Assembly: GCA_021847485.1 (NCBI GenBank)
Contig: JAJZRA010000004.1
Location: 463 to 64,462 of the forward strand
DNA from: a bacterium
GTDB taxonomy: Bacteria; Elusimicrobiota; Elusimicrobia; Elusimicrobiales; UBA9959
DNA: 64,000 nt
Reading direction: 5' to 3'
Shown here: positions 40,152 through 49,357 of the stretch, one piece after another
How positions within the stretch are numbered: the first letter of the stretch is position 1
Layout: the number at the start of each line of letters is the position of its first letter
The notes under the pieces: generated by a model
Database searches by the model: none
Told to the model about the DNA's origin: nothing
Seen by the model: only the letters and a program-made list of their open reading frames with translations
Translations under genes and position numbers: made by a program

Positions 40152-41228
40152 ATGGTGACGGGCCTGCCGCCTCTTTTTATGAAAGGGTTCTATTCTTTCT
40201 TCTTGGGCACCAGGACCCGCGCCGGGCTGACCGGCGCGGCGATCTTCGTGCTCGTGTCCGGCACGGACTATTTCCTGCGCAACGAGATCTCGATAGACGT
40301 CTTCTATTTCCTGCCCATCTTCATCCTGACCTGGTACGGCGGCCGCCGCTGGGGCCTCACGGCCGCCGTGATGTCCGTCGTGGTCTGGCTGACCGACGAG
40401 CGGGTCTACGCGCCGGACTTCGCCGACCAGTACCACATCGTGCTGTGGAACGCCGTCGTGCGCCTGGCCTTCTTCTCCACGGTGGGGTTCCTCGTGCACG
40501 CGCTTAGGACCATCGTGGTCAAGGAGCGCGCCGTCTCCAACCTGAAGTCGGCCATGATCCACACCGTCAGCCACGAGTTCAACAATTCGCTGACGGGCCT
40601 GTCGGCCGGGCTCTTCCTGATAAAGGAACTGGACCCCTCCGCCTCGGAGGAGACCAAGAGCAAGCTCTACTCCTCGATGGAGGCCTCGCTGCACAACCTT
40701 TCGCTCTACGTCAAGAACATCCTCAACGAGGCCCGCATGGAAGAGGGGCGCTTCAAGATAGAGCGCCACCCGGTGGCCCTGCGCGAGCTGGCCTCGGCGG
40801 CGGTGGCCCCGATGAGCGAGCTGATAGCGCAGAAGAACATAGCGCTCGAGATGAAGGTGCCGGGGACGCCGCTGCTGGTCAGCGCCGACCGGGAGGCCCT
40901 GGCCCTGGTGGTCAGCAACCTCGTGGGCAACGCGGTCAAGTACACCCGCGCCGGCGGCCGGATAACCGTATCTGTCGCGCCCGCCGGGAATTCCGGCTCC
41001 GCGGTGATGTTCTCGGTGGAGGATTCCGGCATCGGCATCTCGCTCGAGGACCAGAACCGCATCACCTCCGGCTTCTACCGCACCGGAGAGGGCCGGGCCG
41101 AGGCCGGCGGCTTCGGGCTGGGCCTGAGGATCTGCAACGACCTGCTGGCCCTGCACGGCAGCCGCCTGGAGATCTCCAGCGAGAAAGGCAGAGGTTCGCG
41201 TTTCTTTTTCGAGCTGCCGGCCGCTTGA
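40152..41228 (+). CDS. Membrane sensor histidine kinase
   Basis: N-terminal TM bundle; SHEFNNSLT, NLVGNAVKY, DSGIGI, GFGLGL; start may be 40179. Confidence 0.88.
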   Translation: MVTGLPPLFMKGFYSFFLGTRTRAGLTGAAIFVLVSGTDYFLRNEISIDVFYFLPIFILTWYGGRRWGLTAAVMSVVVWLTDERVYAPDFADQYHIVLWNAVVRLAFFSTVGFLVHALRTIVVKERAVSNLKSAMIHTVSHEFNNSLTGLSAGLFLIKELDPSASEETKSKLYSSMEASLHNLSLYVKNILNEARMEEGRFKIERHPVALRELASAAVAPMSELIAQKNIALEMKVPGTPLLVSADREALALVVSNLVGNAVKYTRAGGRITVSVAPAGNSGSAVMFSVEDSGIGISLEDQNRITSGFYRTGEGRAEAGGFGLGLRICNDLLALHGSRLEISSEKGRGSRFFFELPAA

Positions 41229-41264
41229 GCGGCGGTCCTCAAAATACTTCGCGGGAAGGCTTAC

Positions 41265-41678
41265 ATGAAACAGAAGATACTGATAGTCGACGACGAAGAG
41301 AACATTTTGTTCGTCACCAAGGCGGCTTTCATCCAGAATTACGAGGTCTTCACGGCCGGCAGCGGCCCCGCCGCCATAGAGGTCATCAAGCGCGAGCGGC
41401 CGGACTTCATCTTCCTGGACATCAAGATGCCGGGCATGTCCGGCATAGAGGTGCTGGAGATCATAGGCGGGCTGGACGCCAAGCCTATAGTCTGGATGCT
41501 GACCGGCGACGACGACCTGGACACCGCCACGCGGACGCTGCGGGCCGGCGCCAGCGGTTACATCACCAAACCGTTCGACCTGGCCCAGCTGCGCGAGGTG
41601 GTCACCGGGGCGCTAGAGGCCTCCGCCGGAGAGAAGCCGCCCTCCGAAAAGCCCTGGCACGTCAAGAAGAAGAAATAG
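41265..41678 (+). CDS. Single-domain response regulator
   Basis: ILIVDDE, FLDIKMPGMSG, MLTG, YITKPF. Confidence 0.9.
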   Translation: MKQKILIVDDEENILFVTKAAFIQNYEVFTAGSGPAAIEVIKRERPDFIFLDIKMPGMSGIEVLEIIGGLDAKPIVWMLTGDDDLDTATRTLRAGASGYITKPFDLAQLREVVTGALEASAGEKPPSEKPWHVKKKK

Positions 41679-41683
41679 CCGCC

Positions 41684-42364
41684 GTGGACCTGTTCCGGGA
41701 CTTCCCCGCCAAGTACAAGGCCGTGCTGCGCCGGCTGGACACGCCGCGCAAAGTGCAGGCCTTCCTCGACCAGGAGCTCGCCTACAACGATTCACCGAAG
41801 AGCACCTGCCTGTCCCCGCTGGAAGTCCTCCGGAGCCGGCGCGCCCACTGCGTGGAAGGGGCGATGCTCGCGGCCGCCGCCTTCGCCCTGCACGGGCGGC
41901 CCGGGCTGCTGCTGGACCTGAGGGCCAACCCGCGCGACGACGACCACGTGATCGCCCCGTTCCTCGAGAACGGCCGCTGGGGCGCCGTCGCGCAGTCGCA
42001 TTTCTGCGGCCTGCGCTACCGCGAGCCGGTCTACCTGACCTACGGGGAGCTGGCGCGCAGCTATTTCGAGTTCTACTACAACGGGCGGGGGGAGAAGACC
42101 CTGCGGGAGTATTCGGTGCCGGTGCCGGTGTCGGCGCTGCGCCCGGAGTGGCTGACCTCGCGGAAGAACGTCTTTTTCGTCGGGCGCCGGCTGGACGCCG
42201 CGCGTCATTTCCGCATCCTCGGCCGCTACCCGGAGAACTCCCTCGCCAGGGCGGATTCGCTGCTGGTGGAGGCCGAGCTGATAGGAAAGAACGGGGCGCC
42301 GCTTATCAGGCGGCGCCCCAGACCGTACTCCGAGCTGAAGCTGCGCTTCAACGGGCCGGTTTGA
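41684..42364 (+). CDS. Transglutaminase/papain-like hypothetical protein
   Basis: GTG start; AHCVEGA, DDDHVIAPF, WGAVAQS, LRYREPVY. Confidence 0.6.
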   Translation: MDLFRDFPAKYKAVLRRLDTPRKVQAFLDQELAYNDSPKSTCLSPLEVLRSRRAHCVEGAMLAAAAFALHGRPGLLLDLRANPRDDDHVIAPFLENGRWGAVAQSHFCGLRYREPVYLTYGELARSYFEFYYNGRGEKTLREYSVPVPVSALRPEWLTSRKNVFFVGRRLDAARHFRILGRYPENSLARADSLLVEAELIGKNGAPLIRRRPRPYSELKLRFNGPV

Positions 42365-42914
42365 ACGTCTTGAGTATCTTCTCGAACGCCGCCAGGTAGC
42401 GCCGGGCCTCGCCCTTCGGGGCCTTGAAACTGAGCGAATAGAACCCCTGCTTGGCCGGGATCACCACGAACCTCTCGAGCATCTCCACTTTTACGGCCTT
42501 GGGGCTGTAGGGCGGCACCATTTCGTAGCTGAGCTTGTCGAAGGTCTTGGCGTAGCGGTTGTTGACCACCGTGGAGGAGACCTTGCCGGACTTCTCGCCC
42601 TTGATGCGGTCGCGGGTCTCCCGCTGCGTGGCTATGTACTTCTCGGCGGTCTTGAAGCGCGCGTGGTCGGGGCCGAAGTAGATCAGCGAGATGACCGCGG
42701 CGGGGGGCTTGCCGGGGGCGTAGAGGTCCACGCCGTACTGCTTCTCCTGGCGGCCTATCGTGATCTCGTCCTCCTTCTCCCAGTCGGAGGGGACCATGGC
42801 CGTGAAGTAGGCGCCGTCGCAGACGTACTTCTCCGCGCCGGCGTCGGGCGCGGCCTGGCCGGCCCGGGCCGCGGGCGAGAGGAACATGCTCAGAAGGGCT
42901 ATTATCTTTATCAT
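42348..42914 (-). CDS. Secreted PsbP/DcrB-like protein
   Basis: AAGGA RBS, signal peptide; FTAMVPSDW ... FYSLSF ... FEKILKTFK pattern. Confidence 0.55.
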   Translation of the reverse strand: MIKIIALLSMFLSPAARAGQAAPDAGAEKYVCDGAYFTAMVPSDWEKEDEITIGRQEKQYGVDLYAPGKPPAAVISLIYFGPDHARFKTAEKYIATQRETRDRIKGEKSGKVSSTVVNNRYAKTFDKLSYEMVPPYSPKAVKVEMLERFVVIPAKQGFYSLSFKAPKGEARRYLAAFEKILKTFKPAR

Positions 42915-42940
42915 TTCCTTGGTCTCCGTGGATCTTCCCG

Positions 42941-44839
42941 TCACTGGCCCAGCGGTTTGACGCCGGACGCCTTGATGGACTGCCACCTGGCCGAGGTGTC
43001 GATGGAATTGAGTCGGGCCATCTCGCCGTCTATCAGCGAGATGTCGCTCTCCTGGCGCTTGACGGCCGTCTCGTACCACGGGTAGGCCTTCCGCGTCATC
43101 GAGTTGAGTTCCTCGGTGGAGCAGTCCTGCACGCTGAACCACGAGCAGTCGTCCGGGTTATGGGCGGCCGGGTCGTAGTAGGCGGGGTCGCTCTTGCGCA
43201 GCTGGAGCTCCTTCATGCCGGCCTCCATCTGCGAGAAGCTCTTGGCCGCGGCGCCCTGCGTGCCTTCCAGGTTGTAGTAGCGCACGAACTTCTTCATGCC
43301 GCGGTAGCCGCCGTTCTCGGAGACGGCCAGCACCTCCATCGAGAAGTCGTCCATCTCCCCTTCGTAGAGGGCGCGGGTCTTGGGGTCTATCAGCTTGTTC
43401 TTGACGGCGGCGGCCTGGCCGGAGAAGGCCACGACCTCCTTGTCCAGCATGCGCTTGTTGTCGAGGCCGTTGGCGAGGTAGTACTCGTCCTGGTGCACCT
43501 GGTGGATGCCCTCGTGCACCGTGACCGGGTAGACGCTGCGGGCGAGCCGGTCCATCAGTTCCGGGCTCTTCATCAGCTGCTCGGCGGTGACGTCGTTCTT
43601 CTTCATCCAGGCCTCGACGAGCTGGCTGTTGACGGCTATCTCGCCGGGGCCGTGGTCGGGGCCGCAGCCGGTGACGGCGGCCTTGGGGCAGTAGGCCCCG
43701 TTGGTCCCCGGCAGTTCGCCGAGGTCCACCAGTTTCAGCTTCATCGGGTGCAGCGGCTGGCCGTCCTTGCCTTTCTCGGTGTAGAAATTGCGCAGTTCGT
43801 CCTCGAGCGGCGTGCCGGCGAACTGGGCGTCGTGCCGCTTGCCGTCCGCCGCGCTGACGCCGCCCACCATCCGGACGTTGAGCTCGCCGGCCACGGCGTT
43901 CCAATCGGATTCCGGCAGCTTGTACTTGGCGGCCGGGGTCCGGGCGGCCGTCGCGGCGGAGGCCGATCTGCCGGGCAGGGCCGTGGCGCCGGAGCCGGCG
44001 GCGCTCTTATCGAACATGCCGCCCAGGTAGGCCAGCAGGTCGGAGTCGGACCTGCCCGCCATCTCCTTGGCGGTCTTTAGGGAGTCGGCGTATTTGTCCC
44101 CGGGGGCGGCGCCGCCGGGTTTGGCGCCGGCGGCCGGCATCATCCTGCCCAGATAGGCCTTGATGTTGGCCAGGATGTCCGGGGGCAGGTAGGTGTTCAT
44201 GTACTTCTGCGCGTTGCTGTTGTAGGTGTCGCAGAAGGAGATCTCGCGCGGCAGCACGGTGGCGCTGGAGAGCGCGGTGTCCGCCATGAGGACGGCGGTG
44301 CGCTCGGAGAGCTTCATCTCGTTCCACCTGCCTGGGTTGACGCCGATGCGGGCGAGCGAGGCCGCGCGGGGCGCGCCGGCGAACTCCCAGCTTAGGGCGG
44401 CCACGCGGGCCGGCGGCACGTAATTAGGATAGTAGTCGGAGATCCACGGGAAAGTCTTTTCGGGCTGGGGGCCCATCCCCAGCTGGCACAGCACGCAGCC
44501 TTCCTGGTAGGCGTCCACCTCTAGCATCGCGATGAAGCGCTTGCGCAGCAGGCATTCCTTGGGGCCGTCCTTGAAGAAGTCGCCCAGCTCCTTGAAAAGG
44601 TTCTCGTACTTGAGGACGTAGGTCAGCGTGTCCTCGTCCTCGGCCTTCAGCTTGGCGTAGAGCGGGGAGTCCGGCTTCAGCGCGGAGAGGCATTTGTCCG
44701 CTTCGTCGGGGGAATAGACCTTCTGCGAGATGTTCTCCACGCAGGCGTCCCTGACGGCCGTCTCCTCGCGGGTGAGCTCGGCCGGGGCCGGGGCCGCCGC
44801 CGAGACCAGCAGGATGAGGCTGAAAAATGTCCTTTTCAT
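42941..44839 (-). CDS. Secreted hypothetical protein with HEXXH (zincin-like) motif
   Basis: Signal peptide; VTVHEGIHQVHQ followed by DKEVVAF; TTGACA-17-TATACT promoter upstream. Confidence 0.65.
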   Translation of the reverse strand: MKRTFFSLILLVSAAAPAPAELTREETAVRDACVENISQKVYSPDEADKCLSALKPDSPLYAKLKAEDEDTLTYVLKYENLFKELGDFFKDGPKECLLRKRFIAMLEVDAYQEGCVLCQLGMGPQPEKTFPWISDYYPNYVPPARVAALSWEFAGAPRAASLARIGVNPGRWNEMKLSERTAVLMADTALSSATVLPREISFCDTYNSNAQKYMNTYLPPDILANIKAYLGRMMPAAGAKPGGAAPGDKYADSLKTAKEMAGRSDSDLLAYLGGMFDKSAAGSGATALPGRSASAATAARTPAAKYKLPESDWNAVAGELNVRMVGGVSAADGKRHDAQFAGTPLEDELRNFYTEKGKDGQPLHPMKLKLVDLGELPGTNGAYCPKAAVTGCGPDHGPGEIAVNSQLVEAWMKKNDVTAEQLMKSPELMDRLARSVYPVTVHEGIHQVHQDEYYLANGLDNKRMLDKEVVAFSGQAAAVKNKLIDPKTRALYEGEMDDFSMEVLAVSENGGYRGMKKFVRYYNLEGTQGAAAKSFSQMEAGMKELQLRKSDPAYYDPAAHNPDDCSWFSVQDCSTEELNSMTRKAYPWYETAVKRQESDISLIDGEMARLNSIDTSARWQSIKASGVKPLGQ

Positions 44840-44939
44840 ATGAAAATAGTATAAAGGAGCCGCGGGCGGCTGTCAATGGCCCTTTGGGCCCGGCCCGGCC
44901 GGGTTGCCAACGCCTTTTCCATTTGGTAGAACTAGGGGT

Positions 44940-45509
44940 ATGAACAGCGTCAAGACCAACCCCGTCCTGGAAGCCATCAAGAGCCGCCGCAGCATCCGCA
45001 AATACCTGCCGGACCCGCTGAAGCAGGAAGAGCTGGACGCTATCCTCGAGTCCGGCGCCTACGCGCCGAGCGCGCACAACGACCAGCCCTGGCATTTCAC
45101 CGTGATCCGCGACAAGGCCCTGCTGGACCGCATCAGCGAAAAGTCCAAGGCGCTGATGGCGGAGCAGGAGACCGACTGGGTCCGCGCCATGGGCCGCAAC
45201 AGGCTCTTCCACGTCTTCTACCACGCGCCGGCCGCGGTGGTGGTCTCCATGCGCAAGGACGCGCTCAGCCCGCTGGTGGACTGCTCGGCCGCCATCCAGA
45301 ACATGCTGCTGGCCGCCGAGAGCCTCGACATCGGCTCCTGCTGGATAGGGCTGGCCCGCTACTATTTCTCGCTGAAGGAGGAGGTGGCCGCCCTCGGCCT
45401 GCCGGAGGGCTATGAGCCGTGCTACGCCGTGACGCTGGGGTACAAGGGCCAGCGCCCTTCCCGCGCGCTGCCGCGCAAGGCGCCGCCGCCGCGCTATATC
45501 GACCGATGA
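44940..45509 (+). CDS. Nitroreductase family protein
   Basis: SRRSIRKY, APSAHNDQPWHF, QNMLLAAESLDIGSCWIG. Confidence 0.92.
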   Translation: MNSVKTNPVLEAIKSRRSIRKYLPDPLKQEELDAILESGAYAPSAHNDQPWHFTVIRDKALLDRISEKSKALMAEQETDWVRAMGRNRLFHVFYHAPAAVVVSMRKDALSPLVDCSAAIQNMLLAAESLDIGSCWIGLARYYFSLKEEVAALGLPEGYEPCYAVTLGYKGQRPSRALPRKAPPPRYIDR

Positions 45510-46405
45510 GGTTCGGGCTCTGCTGCAAGTTCGCCCGGGAGCCCATAAAGTTCCCGGTCACTACCGCGCTCTACGCCATGAAGCTGGAGCCGGCGGCCCG
45601 CCGCGCCAGGCTGGCCGCGCTCTGCCGCGAGAACGCCCGCGCGCTGGCCGCCGCGGCCGAGTTCTGCTCCCGTAAAGGGATAGGGAGCTTCAGGGTCAAC
45701 AGCCAGGTCCTGCCGCTGAAGACCCACCCGGAGGCCGGCTACGACCTGGCCGGCCTGCCGGGCGGGCGGGAGATCGTAGCGGAGTTCCGGGCGTGCGGCG
45801 CGCTGGCCCGCCGGCTCGGAGTGCGGCTGACCTTCCATCCCGACCAGTTCATCCTGCTGAGCTCGCCCAACCCGGCCGTAACGGCCTCCTCCGTGAAAGA
45901 GCTGGCCTACCAGGCCGAGGTCGCCGGCTGGATAGGCGCCGACGTCATCAATATCCACGGCGGCGGGGCCTACGGCGACAAGAAAGCGGCGCTGGCCCGG
46001 GCGGCGGCGGTCCTTAAGCGGCTGCCGGCGGCGGTCCGCTCGCGGCTGGCCTTCGAGAACGACGACAGGGTCTATACCCCGGCCGACCTGCTGCCTTTCT
46101 GCAGGGCCAACGGCGTGCCGTTCGTCTACGACGTGCACCACCACCGCTGCCTGCCCGACGGGCTGACCGTGGAGCGGGCCACGCGGCTGGCGCTGGCCAC
46201 CTGGGACCGGGAACCGCTCTTCCATCTCTCCAGCCCGCGCGGCGGTTGGAAGGCCGCCGACCCGCGCCTGCACGCAGACTACATAGACATGAAGGACTTC
46301 CCGGCCTGCTGGCGCGGCCTCGACGTGACGGTGGAGGTGGAGGCCAAGGCCAAGGAACTGGCCGTGGCCCGGCTGATGCGGCGGCTGGAGGCGGGGAATG
46401 CCTAA
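45506..46405 (+). CDS. uvsE: UV DNA damage repair endonuclease
   Basis: GLCC, FRVNS, RLTFHPDQFILLSS, INIHGGGAYGDK, ENDD, YDVHHHRC, HLSS, HADYI, EAKAKE. Confidence 0.92.
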   Translation: MRFGLCCKFAREPIKFPVTTALYAMKLEPAARRARLAALCRENARALAAAAEFCSRKGIGSFRVNSQVLPLKTHPEAGYDLAGLPGGREIVAEFRACGALARRLGVRLTFHPDQFILLSSPNPAVTASSVKELAYQAEVAGWIGADVINIHGGGAYGDKKAALARAAAVLKRLPAAVRSRLAFENDDRVYTPADLLPFCRANGVPFVYDVHHHRCLPDGLTVERATRLALATWDREPLFHLSSPRGGWKAADPRLHADYIDMKDFPACWRGLDVTVEVEAKAKELAVARLMRRLEAGNA

Positions 46406-46997
46406 GAAGATACTGGCGATAAACGGCAGCTACAGGCGGGGCGGCGTGACGGCGCAGGCCCTGGCGGAGGCGCTCGCCGGCGCCCGCGAGGCCGGCGCGG
46501 AAACGGAGACCGTGGACCTGCCGGAGATCGACATAAAGTTCTGCACCAACTGCCGCGCCTGCACTCAGACTCCCGGTGAAGGCCGCGCGGCCTGCGTGCT
46601 GGAGGACGGTATGGCCTCCCTGCTGGACAAGGTGGACGCGGCCGACGGGCTGATCCTGGCCGCGCCGGTCAACTGCTTCAACGTCACCGCCGTCACCCGC
46701 AGGTTCATGGAGCGGCTGGTGGTGTACGGCTACTGGCCCTGGGGCATGGCCGCCCCGAAATACAGGATAACCGTGACCGGCAAGAAGGCCGCGCTCATCA
46801 CCTCGTCGGCGATGCCGGCGCTCCTGGGCAGGGTCTTTACCGGCGCCGTGCGAGCGCTGAAGTACACGGCCAGGGCCGTAGGCGCCAAGGTGGAGGGCAC
46901 GCTTTTCATCGGCCTGGCCGGCATGAAGGAGCATCCGGAACTTACGGCCGCCGAGAAAGGGAAGGCGCGGGCGCTGGGCAGGCGCCTCGCCGCCTAG
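46398..46997 (+). CDS. Iron-sulfur flavoprotein / flavodoxin family protein
   Basis: INGSYRRGGVT, FCTNCRAC..C, ADGLILAAPV. Confidence 0.85.
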   Translation: MPKKILAINGSYRRGGVTAQALAEALAGAREAGAETETVDLPEIDIKFCTNCRACTQTPGEGRAACVLEDGMASLLDKVDAADGLILAAPVNCFNVTAVTRRFMERLVVYGYWPWGMAAPKYRITVTGKKAALITSSAMPALLGRVFTGAVRALKYTARAVGAKVEGTLFIGLAGMKEHPELTAAEKGKARALGRRLAA

Positions 46998-47007
46998 AGG
47001 AGGGGGG

Positions 47008-47583
47008 ATGAGAACTACCGCAGCGCTGTGCTGCGCGCTGCTGCTGGCCGCGGGGCCGGCCGCCGCGCAGGGCAAGGCGGCTAAAGCCGCGAAGGGGGGG
47101 AAGATGACGCTGACACTCGCGAGCCCGGCGTTCAAGGCGGGCTCCTACATACCCAGGAAGCATACCTGCGACGGGGCGGACGTCTCGCCGGAGCTGAAGT
47201 GGACCGGCGCTCCGCCTGGAACGCAGAGTTTCGTCTTGATCGCGGACGACCCGGACGCGCCGCCCGGCACCTGGGTGCACTGGGTGCTGTTCGACATCCC
47301 CGGCGGGGCCGCCGGGCTCAAGGAGGGGCGTCCCAAGACCGAGGTGCTCCCGGACGGCTCGCGTCAGGGGCTGGTCTGGGGCGTCAACGAGGACGACTTC
47401 AGCCGCATAGGCTATTTCGGCCCGTGCCCGCCGCCCGGCAAGCCGCACCGCTACTTCTTCAGGCTCTACGCCCTGGACGCGGCGCTCGAGCTGCCGGCCG
47501 GCTCCACCAAGGGCGCCGTGCTGGAGGCCATGAAGGGGCACGTGCTGGCGCAGGCTGAGCTGGCGGGGCTGTACAAGCGCTGA
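47008..47583 (+). CDS. YbhB/YbcL (PEBP) family protein
   Basis: TCDGADVSPEL, DDPDAP..WVHW, GPCPPPGKPHRYFF. Confidence 0.93.
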   Translation: MRTTAALCCALLLAAGPAAAQGKAAKAAKGGKMTLTLASPAFKAGSYIPRKHTCDGADVSPELKWTGAPPGTQSFVLIADDPDAPPGTWVHWVLFDIPGGAAGLKEGRPKTEVLPDGSRQGLVWGVNEDDFSRIGYFGPCPPPGKPHRYFFRLYALDAALELPAGSTKGAVLEAMKGHVLAQAELAGLYKR

Positions 47584-47685
47584 CGGCTGGGCCCAAAAAC
47601 CGCGGCCGCCTGGGCCCTTTGGCCCTATCGGCCGCGGCGCCTTTTTAATAGCATATAGCCGTGGGGGTATGCTGAGAGGACGGTT

Positions 47686-47880
47686 ATGACGATGACCTGT
47701 AATTTCGAGAAAGACGACCGCGGCCTCCGTAAGGACGGCAAGCTGATAGTCCGCATCCCCGCCGGGCAGAGCGTCGGCACCGACACGCCCGGCCTCAAGC
47801 CCAAGGGCGGAGCCTACATGTGGGTGATGGGCCCCCGCCGCCGCGCCGGCCGCGGCTGGCGCGAGGACTCGCTCAACTAG
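47686..47880 (+). CDS. Small hypothetical protein (64 aa)
   Basis: GAGAGGA RBS, upstream TAGCAT -10, GC-rich third positions, followed by terminator. Confidence 0.6.
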   Translation: MTMTCNFEKDDRGLRKDGKLIVRIPAGQSVGTDTPGLKPKGGAYMWVMGPRRRAGRGWREDSLN

Positions 47881-47894
47881 CCCCGCCGGGGCCG

Positions 47895-47928
47895 TAAAAA
47901 AAGCCGCGCTGCCGCGCGGCTTTTTTTA
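47895..47928. terminator. Bidirectional terminator
   Basis: taaaaaaagccgcgc/gcgcggcttttttta. Confidence 0.88.
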
Positions 47929-47943
47929 TCGCTCCGGGCGGCT

Positions 47944-48408
47944 TCAGCGCCCGGCCGGGGCCTGTTCCGCCGGGGTCTCCGGCTTGGCGCCGGCCGCCGT
48001 CACCGTGAATTCCACCGTGCTCAGCACCGCGCCGGCTTCGTCGGTCACTTCCACTTTCCAGCTGCCGGGGCGCACCGCCTTGGAGCTCCAGACCCGGTAA
48101 GGGCTGCCGTTCACCGCCAGCTCCACCTCGGCCTGCCTGACCCCGTCCAGGTAGTAGACGTGCTTGATCTTCACCGGCGGCTTCTCCGCCGCGATCCTGG
48201 TCCAGACGTAGACCCGGCCCGCCGAAGCGTCGAAGGACGACGCCTCGCCGGAAGGCTCGCGCCCGGAGACGCCGGCGCAGGCCGCTATCTTCTCCACCTT
48301 TATCTCCGGCGCGGCCTGGGCGGCCGGTCCGCCCTCGGGCGGCGTCTGCGCGAAGAGCGCGCAGGCCGCGGCCGCGACCAGCGCCGACGCTAACAAGTGT
48401 TTTTTCAT
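47944..48408 (-). CDS. DUF2914 domain secreted protein
   Basis: Signal peptide; REP..F..VYVWT..HVYY..YRVWSSK..GSWKVEV. Confidence 0.8.
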   Translation of the reverse strand: MKKHLLASALVAAAACALFAQTPPEGGPAAQAAPEIKVEKIAACAGVSGREPSGEASSFDASAGRVYVWTRIAAEKPPVKIKHVYYLDGVRQAEVELAVNGSPYRVWSSKAVRPGSWKVEVTDEAGAVLSTVEFTVTAAGAKPETPAEQAPAGR

Positions 48409-48528
48409 GGTAACCCCCTTTCTATATGCAACCCGCTACCCGGCTATTCTAGCAAATGGAGGCGCCCCCGGAGCCGCGCCTTGACAAAATAGCGCTTACC
48501 CTATATATTATTATGTGGGTTAGGCTGG

Positions 48529-49344
48529 ATGGACCATACACCGTTTCATACGCGCGCGCGCAAAATTTATATACCGGTAAAGCGGCACGACCAGCTGCTG
48601 GACCCGTGCCGCCGCAGGGGCTCGGCCCTCAAGACGCTGCTCGCCTTCGCGGGCATAGGCCTTTCCGGCCTCGCGCTGGCGCTGGCCGTCTACTGCGCCG
48701 CCGTCGTGCTGAAGGCCCGCAGGGACACGCCCGGCATAGTGCGCGCGGCCCTGGCGCCCGGCAGGATCAAGCTGCCGCTCTCCGCGCTGCCGCGCCGCCG
48801 CATAGACGAACTGCTTAAGGTCGAGGACCCGGCCTTCCTCTCCCACTCCGGGGTGGATAACGTCACCCCCGGGGCCGGCCTGACCACCATCACCCAGGCG
48901 CTGGCCAAGATCTTTTACTTCCGGGAGTTCAAGCCCGGCTTCGCCAAGCTCAAGCAGACCCTCGTCGCGCGCTACGCGCTGCACCCGCTGGTCTCCAAGC
49001 AGGACCAGCTCACGCTGTTCCTGAACTACGCCTACCTGGGCCATTGCGGCGGCGCCGAGGTCCGCGGGTTCGCCGACGCGGCGCGCTGCTACTACCGCAA
49101 GGACGTCGCGAGGCTCGGCGAGGACGAGTACCTTTCGCTGGTGGCCATGCTGATAGCGCCGGACGCCTTCAGCCCGGTGCTGAACCCGCGGGCCAACCGG
49201 GAGCGCGTGGGACGCATCAAGGAGCTGGCGGCCGGCCGCTACAAGCCGGCGCACCATATGGACGTCTATTACGGGCCGGTGGATCCCGCTACCCGCACCG
49301 CGCTGGCCCCCGCCTCCTATTTAGAGGGCATTTACCGTAATTAG
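48529..49344 (+). CDS. Stand-alone peptidoglycan transglycosylase (GT51) domain protein
   Basis: TM anchor; VEDPAFLSHSGVD, TTITQALAK, FLNYAYLG; TTGACA at 48481. Confidence 0.8.
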   Translation: MDHTPFHTRARKIYIPVKRHDQLLDPCRRRGSALKTLLAFAGIGLSGLALALAVYCAAVVLKARRDTPGIVRAALAPGRIKLPLSALPRRRIDELLKVEDPAFLSHSGVDNVTPGAGLTTITQALAKIFYFREFKPGFAKLKQTLVARYALHPLVSKQDQLTLFLNYAYLGHCGGAEVRGFADAARCYYRKDVARLGEDEYLSLVAMLIAPDAFSPVLNPRANRERVGRIKELAAGRYKPAHHMDVYYGPVDPATRTALAPASYLEGIYRN

Positions 49345-49357
49345 GCAGGATATAGAA

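Noticed and set aside
1429-45505. Long N-terminal extensions in the ORF track (e.g. starts at 1429, 2745, 18852, 30693, 36784, 36866, 41225, 45419)
   Set aside because: They overlap neighbouring genes; internal starts with an RBS or stop-start coupling fit better, and no frameshift is needed
47659-47672. 13/14 match (ccgtgggggtatgc) to the arm of the 30677 hairpin, in the leader of the 64-aa ORF
   Set aside because: Short and G-rich; could be chance without genome-wide counts
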